Positions 48,209 through 62,100 of a DNA stretch of 64,000 bases are shown one piece after another. The DNA comes from Nemertoderma westbladi (taxonomy: Eukaryota > Animalia > Xenacoelomorpha): NCBI GenBank assembly GCA_032718475.1, contig JAUCBJ010007602.1, forward strand, positions 1 through 64,000, read 5' to 3'. The first letter of the stretch is position 1, and the number at the start of each line of letters is the position of its first letter. The position numbers were made by a program, and so were the translations under genes. The notes beneath the pieces are model-generated. The model was given only the letters and a program-made list of their open reading frames with translations. It had not been told where the DNA came from and made no database searches.

Positions 48209-51200
48209 GGTGTTTCCTAAACAACGTTATGTATATATGTTTCCCAAACAACGTTATGTATATGTGTCTCCTAAACAACGTTATGTATATATGTCTCCTA
48301 AACAACGTTATGTATATGTCTCCTAAACAACGTTATGTATATGTGTCTCCTAAACAACGTTATGTATATGTGTCTCCTAAACAACGTTATGTATATATGT
48401 CTCCTAAACAACGTTATGTATATGTCTCATAAACAACGTTATGTATATGTGTCTCCTAAACAACGTTATGTATATATGTTTCCTAAACAACGTTATGTAT
48501 ATGTGTCTCCTAAACAACGTTATGTATATATGTCTCCTAAACAACGTTATGTATATATGTCTCCTAAACAACGTTATGTATATATGTCTCCTAAACAACG
48601 TTATGTATATATGTGTCTCCTAAACAACGTTATGTATATATGTCTCCTAAACAACGTTATGTATATATGTCTCCTAAACAACGTTATGTATATATGTATC
48701 CTAAACAACGTTATGTATATGTCTCCTAAACAACGTTATGTATATGTGTCTCGTAAACAACGTTATGTATATATGTCTCCTAAACAACGTTATGTATATG
48801 TGTCTCCTAAACAACGTTATGTATATGTGTCTCCTAAACAACGTTATGTATATATATGTCTCCTAAACAACGTTATGTATATATATGTCTCCTAAACAAC
48901 GTTATGTATATATGTCTCCTAAACAACGTTATGTATATATGTCTCCTAAACAACGTTATGTATATGTCTCCTAAACAACGTTATGTATATATGTGTCTCC
49001 TAAACAACGTTATGTATATATGTGTCTCCTAAACAACGTTATGTATATATGTGTCTCCTAAACAACGTTATGTATATATGTGTCTCCTAAACAACGTTAT
49101 GTATATATGTGTCTCCTAAACAACGTTATGTATATATGTCTCCTAAACAACGTTATGTATATGTGTCTCCTAAACAACGTTATGTATATATGTATCCTAA
49201 ACAACGTTATGTATATGTCTCCTAAACAACGTTATGTATATGTGTCTCGTAAACAACGTTATGTATATATGTCTCCTAAACAACGTTATGTATATATGTC
49301 TCGTAAACAACGTTATGTATATGTGTCTCCTAAACAACGTTATGTATATATGTATCCTAAACAACGTTATGTATATGTCTCCTAAACAACGTTATGTATA
49401 TGTGTCTCGTAAACAACGTTATGTATATATGTCTCCTAAACAACGTTATGTATATATGTCTCGTAAACAACGTTATGTATATGTGTCTCCTAAACAACGT
49501 TATGTATATGTGTCTCCTAAACAACGTTATGTATATGTGTCTCCTAAACAACGTTATGTATATATGTCTCCTAAACAACGTTATGTATATGTCTCCTAAA
49601 CAACGTTATGTATATGTGTCTCCTAAACAACGTTATGTATATATGTTTCCTAAACAACGTTATGTATATGTGTCTCCTAAACAACGTTATGTATATATGT
49701 ATCCTAAACAACGTTATGTATATGTCTCCTAAACAACGTTATGTATATGTGTCTCGTAAACAACGTTATGTATATGTGTCTCCTAAACAACGTTATGTAT
49801 ATATGTCTCCTAAACAACGTTATGTATATGTGTCTCCTAAACAACGTTATGTATATATGTATCCTAAACAACGTTATGTATATGTCTCCTAAACAACGTT
49901 ATGTATATGTGTCTCGTAAACAACGTTATGTATATATGTCTCCTAAACAACGTTATGTATATGTGTCTCCTAAACAACGTTATGTATATGTGTCTCCTAA
50001 ACAACGTTATGTATATATGTCTCCTAAACAACGTTATGTATATGTGTCTCCTAAACAACGTTATGTATATATATGTCTCCTAAACAACGTTATGTATATA
50101 TGTCTCCTAAACAACGTTATGTATATATGTGTCTCCTAAACAACGTTATGTATATATGTGTCTCCTAAACAACGTTATGTATATATGTGTCTCCTAAACA
50201 ACGTTATGTATATATATGTCTCCTAAACAACGTTATGTATATATGTCTTCTAAACAACGTTATGTATATGTCTCCTAAACAACGTTATGTATATATGTGT
50301 CTCCTAAACAACGTTATGTATATATGTGTCTCCTAAACAACGTTATGTATATATGTGTCTCCTAAACAACGTTATGTATATATGTGTCTCCTAAACAACG
50401 TTATGTATATATGTGTCTCCTAAACAACGTTATGTATATATGTCTCCTAAACAACGTTATGTATATGTGTCTCCTAAACAACGTTATGTATATATGTATC
50501 CTAAACAACGTTATGTATATGTCTCCTAAACAACGTTATGTATATGTGTCTCGTAAACAACGTTATGTATATATGTCTCCTAAACAACGTTATGTATATG
50601 TGTCTCCTAAACAACGTTATGTATATGTGTCTCCTAAACAACGTTATGTATATATGTCTCCTAAACAACGTTATGTATATGTCTCCTAAACAACGTTATG
50701 TATATGTGTCTCCTAAACAACGTTATGTATATATGTTTCCTAAACAACGTTATGTATATGTGTCTCCTAAACAACGTTATGTATATATGTCTCCTAAACA
50801 ACGTTATGTATATATGTCTCCTAAACAACGTTATGTATATATGTCTCCTAAACAACGTTATGTATATATGTGTCTCCTAAACAACGTTATGTATATATGT
50901 CTCCTAAACAACGTTATGTATATATGTCTCCTAAACAACGTTATGTATATATGTATCCTAAACAACGTTATATATATGTCTCCTAAACAACGTTATGTAT
51001 ATGTGTCTCGTAAACAACGTTATGTATATATGTCTCCTAAACAACGTTATGTATATGTGTCTCCTAAACAACGTTATGTATATGTGTCTCCTAAACAACG
51101 TTATGTATATATATGTCTCCTAAACAACGTTATGTATATATGTCTCCTAAACAACGTTATGTATATGTCTCCTAAACAACGTTATGTATATATGTGTCTC

Positions 51201-54200
51201 CTAAACAACGTTATGTATATATGTGTCTCCTAAACAACGTTATGTATATATGTGTCTCCTAAACAACGTTATGTATATATGTGTCTCCTAAACAACGTTA
51301 TGTATATATGTGTCTCCTAAACAACGTTATGTATATATGTGTCTCCTAAACAACGTTATGTATATATGTGTCTCCTAAACAACGTTATGTATATATGTCT
51401 CCTAAACAACGTTATGTATATGTCTCCTAAACAACGTTATGTATATGTGTCTCCTAAACAACGTTATGTATATATGTTTCCTAAACAACGTTATGTATAT
51501 GTGTCTCCTAAACAACGTTATGTATATATGTCTCCTAAACAACGTTATGTATATATGTCTCCTAAACAACGTTATGTATATATGTCTCCTAAACAACGTT
51601 ATGTATATATGTGTCTCCTAAACAACGTTATGTATATATGTCTCCTAAACAACGTTATGTATATATGTCTCCTAAACAACGTTATGTATATATGTATCCT
51701 AAACAACGTTATGTATATGTGTGTCCTAAACAACGTTATGTATATGTGTCTCCTAAACAACGTTATGTATATGTGTCTACTAAACAACGTTATGTATATG
51801 TGTCTACTAAACAACGTTATGTATATATGTCTACTAAACAACGTTATGTATATGTGTGTCCTAAACAACGTTATGTATATGTGTCTCCTAAACAACGTTA
51901 TGTATATGTGTCTCCTAAACAACGTTATGTATATATGTATCCTAAACAACGTTATGTATATATGTGTCTCCTAAACAACGTTATGTATATATGTCTCCTA
52001 AACAACGTTATGTATATATGTGTCTCCTAAACAACGTTATGTATATATGTGTCTCCTAAACAACGTTATGTATATGTGTCTCCTAAACAACGTTATGTAT
52101 ATATGTCTCCTAAACAACGTTATGTATATGTGTCTCCTAAACAACGTTATGTATATATGTATCCTAAACAACGTTATGTATATGTCTCCTAAACAACGTT
52201 ATGTATATGTGTCTCGTAAACAACGTTATTAATATATGTCTCCTAAACAACGTTATGTATATATGTCTCGTAAACAACGTTATGTATATGTGTCTCCTAA
52301 ACAACGTTATGTATATATGTATCCTAAACAACGTTATGTATATGTCTCCTAAACAACGTTATGTATATGTGTCTCGTAAACAACGTTATGTATATATGTC
52401 TCCTAAACAACGTTATGTATATATGTCTCGTAAACAACGTTATGTATATGTGTCTCCTAAACAACGTTATGTATATGTGTCTCCTAAACAACGTTATGTA
52501 TATGTGTCTCCTAAACAACGTTATGTATATATGTCTCCTAAACAACGTTATGTATATGTCTCCTAAACAACGTTATGTATATGTGTCTCCTAAACAACGT
52601 TATATATATATGTTTCCTAAACAACGTTATGTATATGTGTCTCCTAAACAACGTTATGTATATATGTATCCTAAACAACGTTATGTATATGTCTCCTAAA
52701 CAACGTTATGTATATGTGTCTCGTAAACAACGTTATGTATATGTGTCTCCTAAACAACGTTATGTATATATGTCTCCTAAACAACGTTATGTATATGTGT
52801 CTCCTAAACAACGTTATGTATATATGTATCCTAAACAACGTTATGTATATGTCTCCTAAACAACGTTATGTATATGTGTCTCGTAAACAACGTTATGTAT
52901 ATATGTCTCCTAAACAACGTTATGTATATGTGTCTCCTAAACAACGTTATGTATATGTGTCTCCTAAACAACGTTATGTATATATGTCTCCTAAACAACG
53001 TTATGTATATGTGTCTCCTAAACAACGTTATGTATATATATGTCTCCTAAACAACGTTATGTATATATGTCTCCTAAACAACGTTATGTATATATGTGTC
53101 TCCTAAACAACGTTATGTATATATGTGTCTCCTAAACAACGTTATGTATATATGTGTCTCCTAAACAACGTTATGTATATATATGTCTCCTAAACAGCGT
53201 TATGTATATATGTCTCCTAAACAACGTTATGTATATGTCTCCTAAACAACGTTATGTATATATGTGTCTCCTAAACAACGTTATGTATATATGTGTCTCC
53301 TAAACAACGTTATGTATATATGTGTCTCCTAAACAACGTTATGTATATATGTGTCTCCTAAACAACGTTATGTATATATGTGTCTCCTAAACAACGTTAT
53401 GTATATATGTCTCCTAAACAACGTTATGTATATGTGTCTCCTAAACAACGTTATGTATATATGTATCCTAAACAACGTTATGTATATGTCTCCTAAACAA
53501 CGTTATGTATATGTGTCTCGTAAACAACGTTATGTATATATGTCTCCTAAACAACGTTATGTATATGTGTCTCCTAAACAACGTTATGTATATGTGTCTC
53601 CTAAACAACGTTATGTATATATGTCTCCTAAACAACGTTATGTATATGTCTCCTAAACAACGTTATGTATATGTGTCTCCTAAACAACGTTATGTATATA
53701 TGTTTCCTAAACAACGTTATGTATATGTGTCTCCTAAACAACGTTATGTATATATGTATCCTAAACAACGTTATGTATATGTCTCCTAAACAACGTTATG
53801 TATATGTGTCTCGTAAACAACGTTATGTATATGTGTCTCCTAAACAACGTTATGTATATATGTCTCCTAAACAACGTTATGTATATGTGTCTCCTAAACA
53901 ACGTTATGTATATATGTATCCTAAACAACGTTATGTATATGTCTCCTAAACAACGTTATGTATATGTGTCTCGTAAACAACGTTATGTATATATGTCTCC
54001 TAAACAACGTTATGTATATGTGTCTCCTAAACAACGTTATGTATATGTGTCTCCTAAACAACGTTATGTATATATGTCTCCTAAACAACGTTATGTATAT
54101 GTGTCTCCTAAACAACGTTATGTATATATATGTCTCCTAAACAACGTTATGTATATATGTCTCCTAAACAACGTTATGTATATATGTGTCTCCTAAACAA

Positions 54201-56559
54201 CGTTATGTATATATGTGTCTCCTAAACAACGTTATGTATATATGTGTCTCCTAAACAACGTTATGTATATATATGTCTCCTAAACAACGTTATGTATATA
54301 TGTCTCCTAAACAACGTTATGTATATGTCTCCTAAACAACGTTATGTATATATGTGTCTCCTAAACAACGTTATGTATATATGTGTCTCCTAAACAACGT
54401 TATGTATATATGTGTCTCCTAAACAACGTTATGTATATATGTGTCTCCTAAACAACGTTATGTATATATGTGTCTCCTAAACAACGTTATGTATATATGT
54501 CTCCTAAACAACGTTATGTATATGTGTCTCCTAAACAACGTTATGTATATATGTATCCTAAACAACGTTATGTATATGTCTCCTAAACAACGTTATGTAT
54601 ATGTGTCTCGTAAACAACGTTATGTATATATGTCTCCTAAACAACGTTATGTATATGTGTCTCCTAAACAACGTTATGTATATGTGTCTCCTAAACAACG
54701 TTATGTATATATGTCTCCTAAACAACGTTATGTATATGTCTCCTAAACAACGTTATGTATATGTGTCTCCTAAACAACGTTATGTATATATGTTTCCTAA
54801 ACAACGTTATGTATATGTGTCTCCTAAACAACGTTATGTATATATGTCTCCTAAACAACGTTATGTATATATGTCTCCTAAACAACGTTATGTATATATG
54901 TCTCCTAAACAACGTTATGTATATATGTGTCTCCTAAACAACGTTATGTATATATGTCTCCTAAACAACGTTATGTATATATGTCTCCTAAACAACGTTA
55001 TGTATATATGTATCCTAAACAACGTTATATATATGTCTCCTAAACAACGTTATGTATATGTGTCTCGTAAACAACGTTATGTATATATGTCTCCTAAACA
55101 ACGTTATGTATATGTGTCTCCTAAACAACGTTATGTATATGTGTCTCCTAAACAACGTTATGTATATATATGTCTCCTAAACAACGTTATGTATATATGT
55201 CTCCTAAACAACGTTATGTATATGTCTCCTAAACAACGTTATGTATATATGTGTCTCCTAAACAACGTTATGTATATATGTGTCTCCTAAACAACGTTAT
55301 GTATATATGTGTCTCCTAAACAACGTTATGTATATATGTGTCTCCTAAACAACGTTATGTATATATGTGTCTCCTAAACAACGTTATGTATATATGTGTC
55401 TCCTAAACAACGTTATGTATATATGTGTCTCCTAAACAACGTTATGTATATATGTCTCCTAAACAACGTTATGTATATGTCTCCTAAACAACGTTATGTA
55501 TATGTGTCTCCTAAACAACGTTATGTATATATGTTTCCTAAACAACGTTATGTATATGTGTCTCCTAAACAACGTTATGTATATATGTCTCCTAAACAAC
55601 GTTATGTATATATGTCTCCTAAACAACGTTATGTATATATGTCTCCTAAACAACGTTATGTATATATGTGTCTCCTAAACAACGTTATGTATATATGTCT
55701 CCTAAACAACGTTATGTATATATGTCTCCTAAACAACGTTATGTATATATGTATCCTAAACAACGTTATGTATATGTGTGTCCTAAACAACGTTATGTAT
55801 ATGTGTCTCCTAAACAACGTTATGTATATGTGTCTACTAAACAACGTTATGTATATGTGTCTACTAAACAACGTTATGTATATATGTCTACTAAACAACG
55901 TTATGTATATGTGTGTCCTAAACAACGTTATGTATATGTGTCTCCTAAACAACGTTATGTATATGTGTCTCCTAAACAACGTTATGTATATATGTATCCT
56001 AAACAACGTTATGTATATATGTGTCTCCTAAACAACGTTATGTATATATGTCTCCTAAACAACGTTATGTATATATGTGTCTCCTAAACAACGTTATGTA
56101 TATATGTGTCTCCTAAACAACGTTATGTATATGTGTCTCCTAAACAACGTTATGTATATATGTCTCCTAAACAACGTTATGTATATGTGTCTCCTAAACA
56201 ACGTTATGTATATATGTATCCTAAACAACGTTATGTATATGTCTCCTAAACAACGTTATGTATATGTGTCTCGTAAACAACGTTATGTATATATGTCTCC
56301 TAAACAACGTTATGTATATATGTCTCGTAAACAACGTTATGTATATGTGTCTCCTAAACAACGTTATGTATATATGTATCCTAAACAACGTTATGTATAT
56401 GTCTCCTAAACAACGTTATGTATATGTGTCTCGTAAACAACGTTATGTATATATGTCTCCTAAACAACGTTATGTATATATGTCTCGTAAACAACGTTAT
56501 GTATATGTGTCTCCTAAACAACGTTATGTATATGTGTCTCCTAAACAACGTTATGTATA
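48209..56559. repeat. 27-bp satellite (25/27/29-bp variants), about 310 units
   Basis: Unit CTCCTAAACAACGTTATGTATAT(A/G)TGT. Length variants differ by dinucleotides. Confidence 0.99.
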
Positions 56560-58573
56560 TGTAATTGAAGAGATACGCCTATTCCTACTATTGGAAGAGA
56601 CGGTAACAATACCTGCAATATCCTACTGTAAAGTTTGTAAATCAAATCATAAATCCGACCTTCTCACCAAAACAGTAAACTCTAAGTAAGCGAATATATT
56701 GCAGTATCGATCTCTTATAACCGGTGAGGCAGAAAACAGTCTACGAGCAGACAAACTTCGATAAAACAAATCCCGCGCAGCGAATCCTAAAATCAGGCTG
56801 ACTCACTGACGGACTAAGAGGCTCGTATACTTTGCCGCGGTGTGATTTATATGGTTGAGCAAAGGGGCGCTAGCTAGGTATAGAGCAGATATTTGGAGAT
56901 GTCTAACTAGCGGGCAAAGCACAGTACGGACTAAGTTAATTTTATATATTTCGAGGTGTAAATAATTTCTAACGCGCGTGTGTTAATTCTGAACGGTCAA
57001 AAACAGTTTTGCTCCTTCACATATATAATTACTGGGTACGGTGTGCATTTACGAATATTCTAATTTTGTAACTTGTAGGTCCAATACTCACGAATGATAA
57101 GGTCCCTTCCCCTCTTGCGTATTTCCAGGACTCAAATTCAGGCATAAGGTTAATACTACGCCCAGAATTCGGCAATTTTAGGTACCAGGTCCCTGATACT
57201 AAGAAGAGATGTGTTAGTTTACTACTGTAGGCGTACGGGTACTAATAGCTATCCTGGCTCCTATCTAGAATTCTAGTCACCCAGGTAGTCCGGGTAACTT
57301 CCTATTAGGGCGTTGGCGGGGACACGGTAGATGTTAGTATATCCCTGATAGCCTCAATTTATTTGCGCCTAGTGTAAACTGCCCTACCGCCTGAACGGTA
57401 CAATCCCAATTCAGGTGAAAACACAGCAACCCCCCTAGCCTACAAGTTCTGATGTAATGGACACTGTTGTACGGCAAATAGTCGCACACACACCTGTACT
57501 TAGCAAGAGTTAAGCGTACAGTTTGCTGCACCCTAACCAATGTGTATGCCTTGTACCGGTGTGCCTACGTCCTATCTGCGTACTAGTATCTGCTCTCTCT
57601 CCCTCCCCCGTAGGAATGTGAAGGTCTACTGTGGGTTTTCCTGAATCAAGACAGTACAGTCCCTATGATGTAATTTTAGGCTTGCAGCGTGTCACTACGT
57701 CTACCTCTTGATCTTTTGGTCTTATACTTAGGTAGCAAGGATCGAACGCTGTCTAACCTTTCAGGCGATGGGCGAATAACTCTAAGATGGTATTGCGGGT
57801 TGTCTCTCGTCTACATTCCCGTGATGTTCCCGTTCATTGCTGCGGCCCGATCTCTAGCCGGCCATCCTGTCCCTGAGTTTGTTCACCGTAGTGAATTCAT
57901 AGTAAAACAGAAAAGCTGAGAGAATATTCTGACTTTATTACAGAAGACACAATTATAATACAATGTAATCTGAGAATAAACTAAGCACGACAGAATAAAT
58001 CTGAGAAGTATAGATTGAAAATTGAAGATAGTGTGAGTGATAACTAATGAACGAATCGCACCTTTATATACTAAATTTGTGCTGCAATCAATCGAGAAAA
58101 TTCTCGATTGTTCTATGGGTTCTAACAAGGTTTTAAAGATAGCTTATTGGTCCAGCTAATATATAACTTGCACGACATTGGTTACAATCAAATAACTACA
58201 GCCTTATTGGTACAGACAAATGCAATTAATTTGTAGCGGTTAATTTAAATGAGTTGAAATTCTGCACAAAAAATAATTCGCACTTACTAGGATTCGAACT
58301 CGATACCTACTACACATATAATTTCCAACGCTCTACCAACTGAGCTACTGAACCACTTGACCGATAGATACACAATAGATAGAACCAATACTAATGAGAA
58401 CTCAAAGCAATCTTTACAAAGTTAATTCGAATAAAATAAAATTTTGAAAATCCACGGCATTTAGGGAATATAATTCTATACCGCTCCATGAAAACAGGAT
58501 ATTATCGTGCATAAAAATATACGGTTTTCACCAATAATCAATCAAACTATAGAATACTTAGGGCGTACTTACA
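56560..58573 (-). repeat. Putative 3' LTR of BEL-2 (inner boundary uncertain)
   Basis: TGTAA...TTACA inverted ends. On the minus strand: three CCAAT boxes (about 58147-58212), TATATAAA (about 58063-58070), then AATAAA (about 57934-57939). No clear PPT next to 58573. Confidence 0.5.
58287..58354 (-). other. tRNA-derived sequence with Pol III A and B boxes (not a canonical tRNA)
   Basis: GGTTCAGTAGCTCAGTTGGTAGAGCGTTGGAAATTATATGTGTAGTAGGTATCGAGTTCGAATCCTAG. The D-arm and T-loop are intact; the acceptor and anticodon stems do not pair. Confidence 0.7.
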
Positions 58574-59178
58574 TATTTACAATTAAATTTCAAACAATAC
58601 TTCCTTTCTACGTAATGATTCGATACAAAATAATTACAAATTCAAACTTTACGTATTTAAGGCTTTACTAAGTAAGTACAATATAAATCTAAATTAAATT
58701 CACCAATATAAATCTATTGCATCTCAATATTGCATAAATTTAAACAATTACAAATACAAATAAATGAAAACAATAAGAAAGGCTCGCGAGTCTTCCATCT
58801 ACTATTGCATCCCAAATATTGCATAAATTCAAGTAATTACAAATACTTTCGTACCTAAATGTAGATTGCATAAGTTTGGAATAATTACAAATATGAGTCT
58901 TTCTGAGCACAAAATTTTCCATCTATAAAACTTTCTATTTCACTGTAAATACAAATACTGCTTATAAAATATAAATTGCATAATATTCGGAACTCTTTAG
59001 GTAAGTTCGGAATAATCACAAATATAAAATATAAATTCTTACAAATATAAATCTTTCAAATATAAGTTCCTTCTAAATATAAACACTTAAATTTTCTAAA
59101 TATAAAACATATAATTCAAAATAAATCACTAATCATAAGAAAGGCCCACGAGTCTTCCGTCCACCCTTGCCCTCCCTT

Positions 59179-62100
59179 TTATCGCTTAGTAGATCGAGCC
59201 CTGCCGCGTCCTCGAAAACTGCGCACAGGTGACTTTGCTCGCGATATGGGACTTGTGGGGCGAGTCACTGGTTTACTTGGGACGTTGAGGGACGGTGCGA
59301 CTATTTCCTCGCAAATTCGTCTATTTGGCATCCCAAAACCTCGACCAATTCCTCGTGACCGATCAGTTGTCGCTACAGTTGGTAGAACGTCTGGGAACTC
59401 GCGAAAGGCGGACGACGCAGACCCAAGAGTAGCTTGCGCCCCCTGTTGATCAGCTGGTGTATGTCCCGATCCTCCTACCGGTTCTCTTGGAAGTGATACC
59501 GTATCCCGAGTAACTCGAATAGTCGGCTCAACTCCCTTGCGTTCTTCTACATTAATAATTTTCTTTAATTGTTGGCCCACTTTCTGGACCCGTATGATCC
59601 TACCCTGTCCGTCCTCCCGAGGGTGACGTGCAGACGGCGCAACCGGAGTGGCTGATATATTCGTCGCCTCTAGGACCTCCTCTTCCTCGAATACGCTCGC
59701 TCGTATACGTTTGTGGTAAAACGCGGCTCGGTACGCCCATGCGACGGTTAACCAAGCTCCCTTGTTCCGCTTTTCAGTTCGGAAACGATCGAATTCACCA
59801 TACGTAATCCGATTAACGACTTTCTGAAAATTCCACGTGTTTTTGTTATCTGGGTGAATCTGTAACAGATACTCGCGCACCACTCGGAATCCGCTGTCGT
59901 GGGGCAAAATATCAACAACCTCGATAAGTTCGTCATATTGGGGCATAGCGGAGATATATCCTTCCGACATCATCGTCTGAGGGTTTACCGCCCAAAATCC
60001 GAGATGCGCTCTCATCGGAAACCGTCTTCTCTGTGCCGATACATGTTCGTCGGCTAAATCTTCCCACTCATCAAATAACTTCCTCACAAGTTTTACAGAT
60101 TCGTGTTCATAAGGTATATCTCTCAGTTGGCATTCAGATGCTCGATGTCCCTTTATATTGCAGTAAGTACATTGAGCCATAAATCTCCAGCAAGTATAAA
60201 AGGTATGAGACCCTTGATCCCCACACCATCCACAGATTAGCTGAGTCGTAGTAATGTGCTTTCCACTGCACTTTGCCATATGATGTCCAGCGACGCCACA
60301 TTTACTACACATCGTATTGGCAGGGTACCACACTCGTTCGTATATAAGATCTCCAATCGGTCGAGCGCTTCCTCCCATACTATAATCGTAATCATCTGGG
60401 TCTATGGGTTGGTAGGTTTCTGAAGGTTGTAGGCAAACTATAGCATCTGTTGCTTCAAGTTGTCGAATCTCCGTCTGAGATTTCTTCGGGAGGTTCCTTT
60501 CAATCTCAAGAAGTTCCTCTAAAGGATCGTCGGCGATCGTAGTAGTTACTTCGAATTCATCACCAAGGTGACCGATAGGCGCGCGCGTCTGCCGTGATTC
60601 ATCCGTAATTTCCACGATACGTTCTCCTTCATAGGGTAACAATGTAAACATAGATGGTCTTTCGATAAGAGATCCCGCACAGCGAAGATACACGTCTCGA
60701 AATATGCTAAATCCTGCTCGAGTAAAGGCATTACACTGAGCGTCGGAGTTGTAGAAGGGTTCAAGGAATCGTCTAAACACGTCGGTACGAATTCTCCCTT
60801 CCATGTAGAACGTATGATCTTCTCCGAGACAAAGTGGATGTCTTTTGAGAGTCCGAGACACAATGTCGGCGATTAGGCAAACATTCACTGACGACTCTAT
60901 CGCTAAATAATATTGTAAGACCGCTCTTGGAGGTGACGTAATAGCCCAATACACGCATCCTCTCCATTTAAGCTGTGATTCAAACTCACTCATATCTGGA
61001 GTATCACCTTCTCCATAAGTTTCAATATACTTGTTCCTTTTACCTTCCTTATAATCCCAATTGAATAACAGGTAGGAAATGTATCCAGTTCCAGTCTTCT
61101 GAGTATTATACTCACGAAAATATCCCTGTTCTATAGACCACAGAATAAGAGGTCGAGTGTCGACGTATGGTGTCGGTAGTCGGTCATCGCTGTCCGTCAT
61201 GCCGGCGAAGTCGCTAATTAAATCCTCCCTTACTCCTGATCCAACCTTTACAACAGTTTTATCTAAAATCATGTTTCTTACCATCTTCGGTAACATTCTA
61301 GCGTCAATATTACAAGCTTGGTCCATCTTCTTTACTATATCGGTGATAAGATGGTGTCGCTTTGTATTCGCTGGAGGTATCGGCATTCGTTTGTCGCTCC
61401 TCTGTCTACTGAAAACGTGCAGAACTCCGTCCGCCGCTCTAATCTGTATAGTCTTAGAAGTCAAACTTTGCTGATGACTGCCGCCCTCGTTATCGTAAAA
61501 CATATAACCGTTTTCCTGAAACGATCTAAACGTCCTAGTCCATTCATCCAACAATTCTTCCGAAGGTTGCCAAATCTTCTCTATATCCTTATCCTCATCG
61601 AAACGAATAACCTTACCTCGCCAATCTGCGGCAATATCCGTATCCGACTCGAAGGTTCCGATTCCAATCCATAAACGAATCGTCTTGGTTAGATATCCTT
61701 TCAGATTACTCGGAGCTATGTCGGCACCAGCTCTATCCAGTTCCTTAAAATCTTGGATATGAGGTGGAACGTTGTTCACGACCTTTTGAGTAATATGTCT
61801 ACGTAAATCATATATCTTACTCATATCGCTGAAAACAACTGCAGGAAGAAACTCCAAGTTTGAAATGATTTCTGGATGATCCACGATGGGTATTTCGTAC
61901 GTCGTATCCTGTCGGACTGGTATACTAATAGGGAAATTGAGTGTCGTACTCAATGGTTTCGTAGCTGAAGTACTATACGGTTGCATTTCTCTTGGCCTCT
62001 CCGGGGATGCAATCTGTAATCTCTGAATAACGTTTTGAGCAAAGTTTATGCTCTCGAAAACTTCCGGTGTCATCTCCTTAGCTGAAGTTTGATCGTGTGA

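Noticed and set aside
48121-56689. Dozens of ORFs with CLLNNVMY / SPKQRYVY repeats
   Set aside because: Translations of the 27-bp satellite. Frames switch with the 25/29-bp variants.
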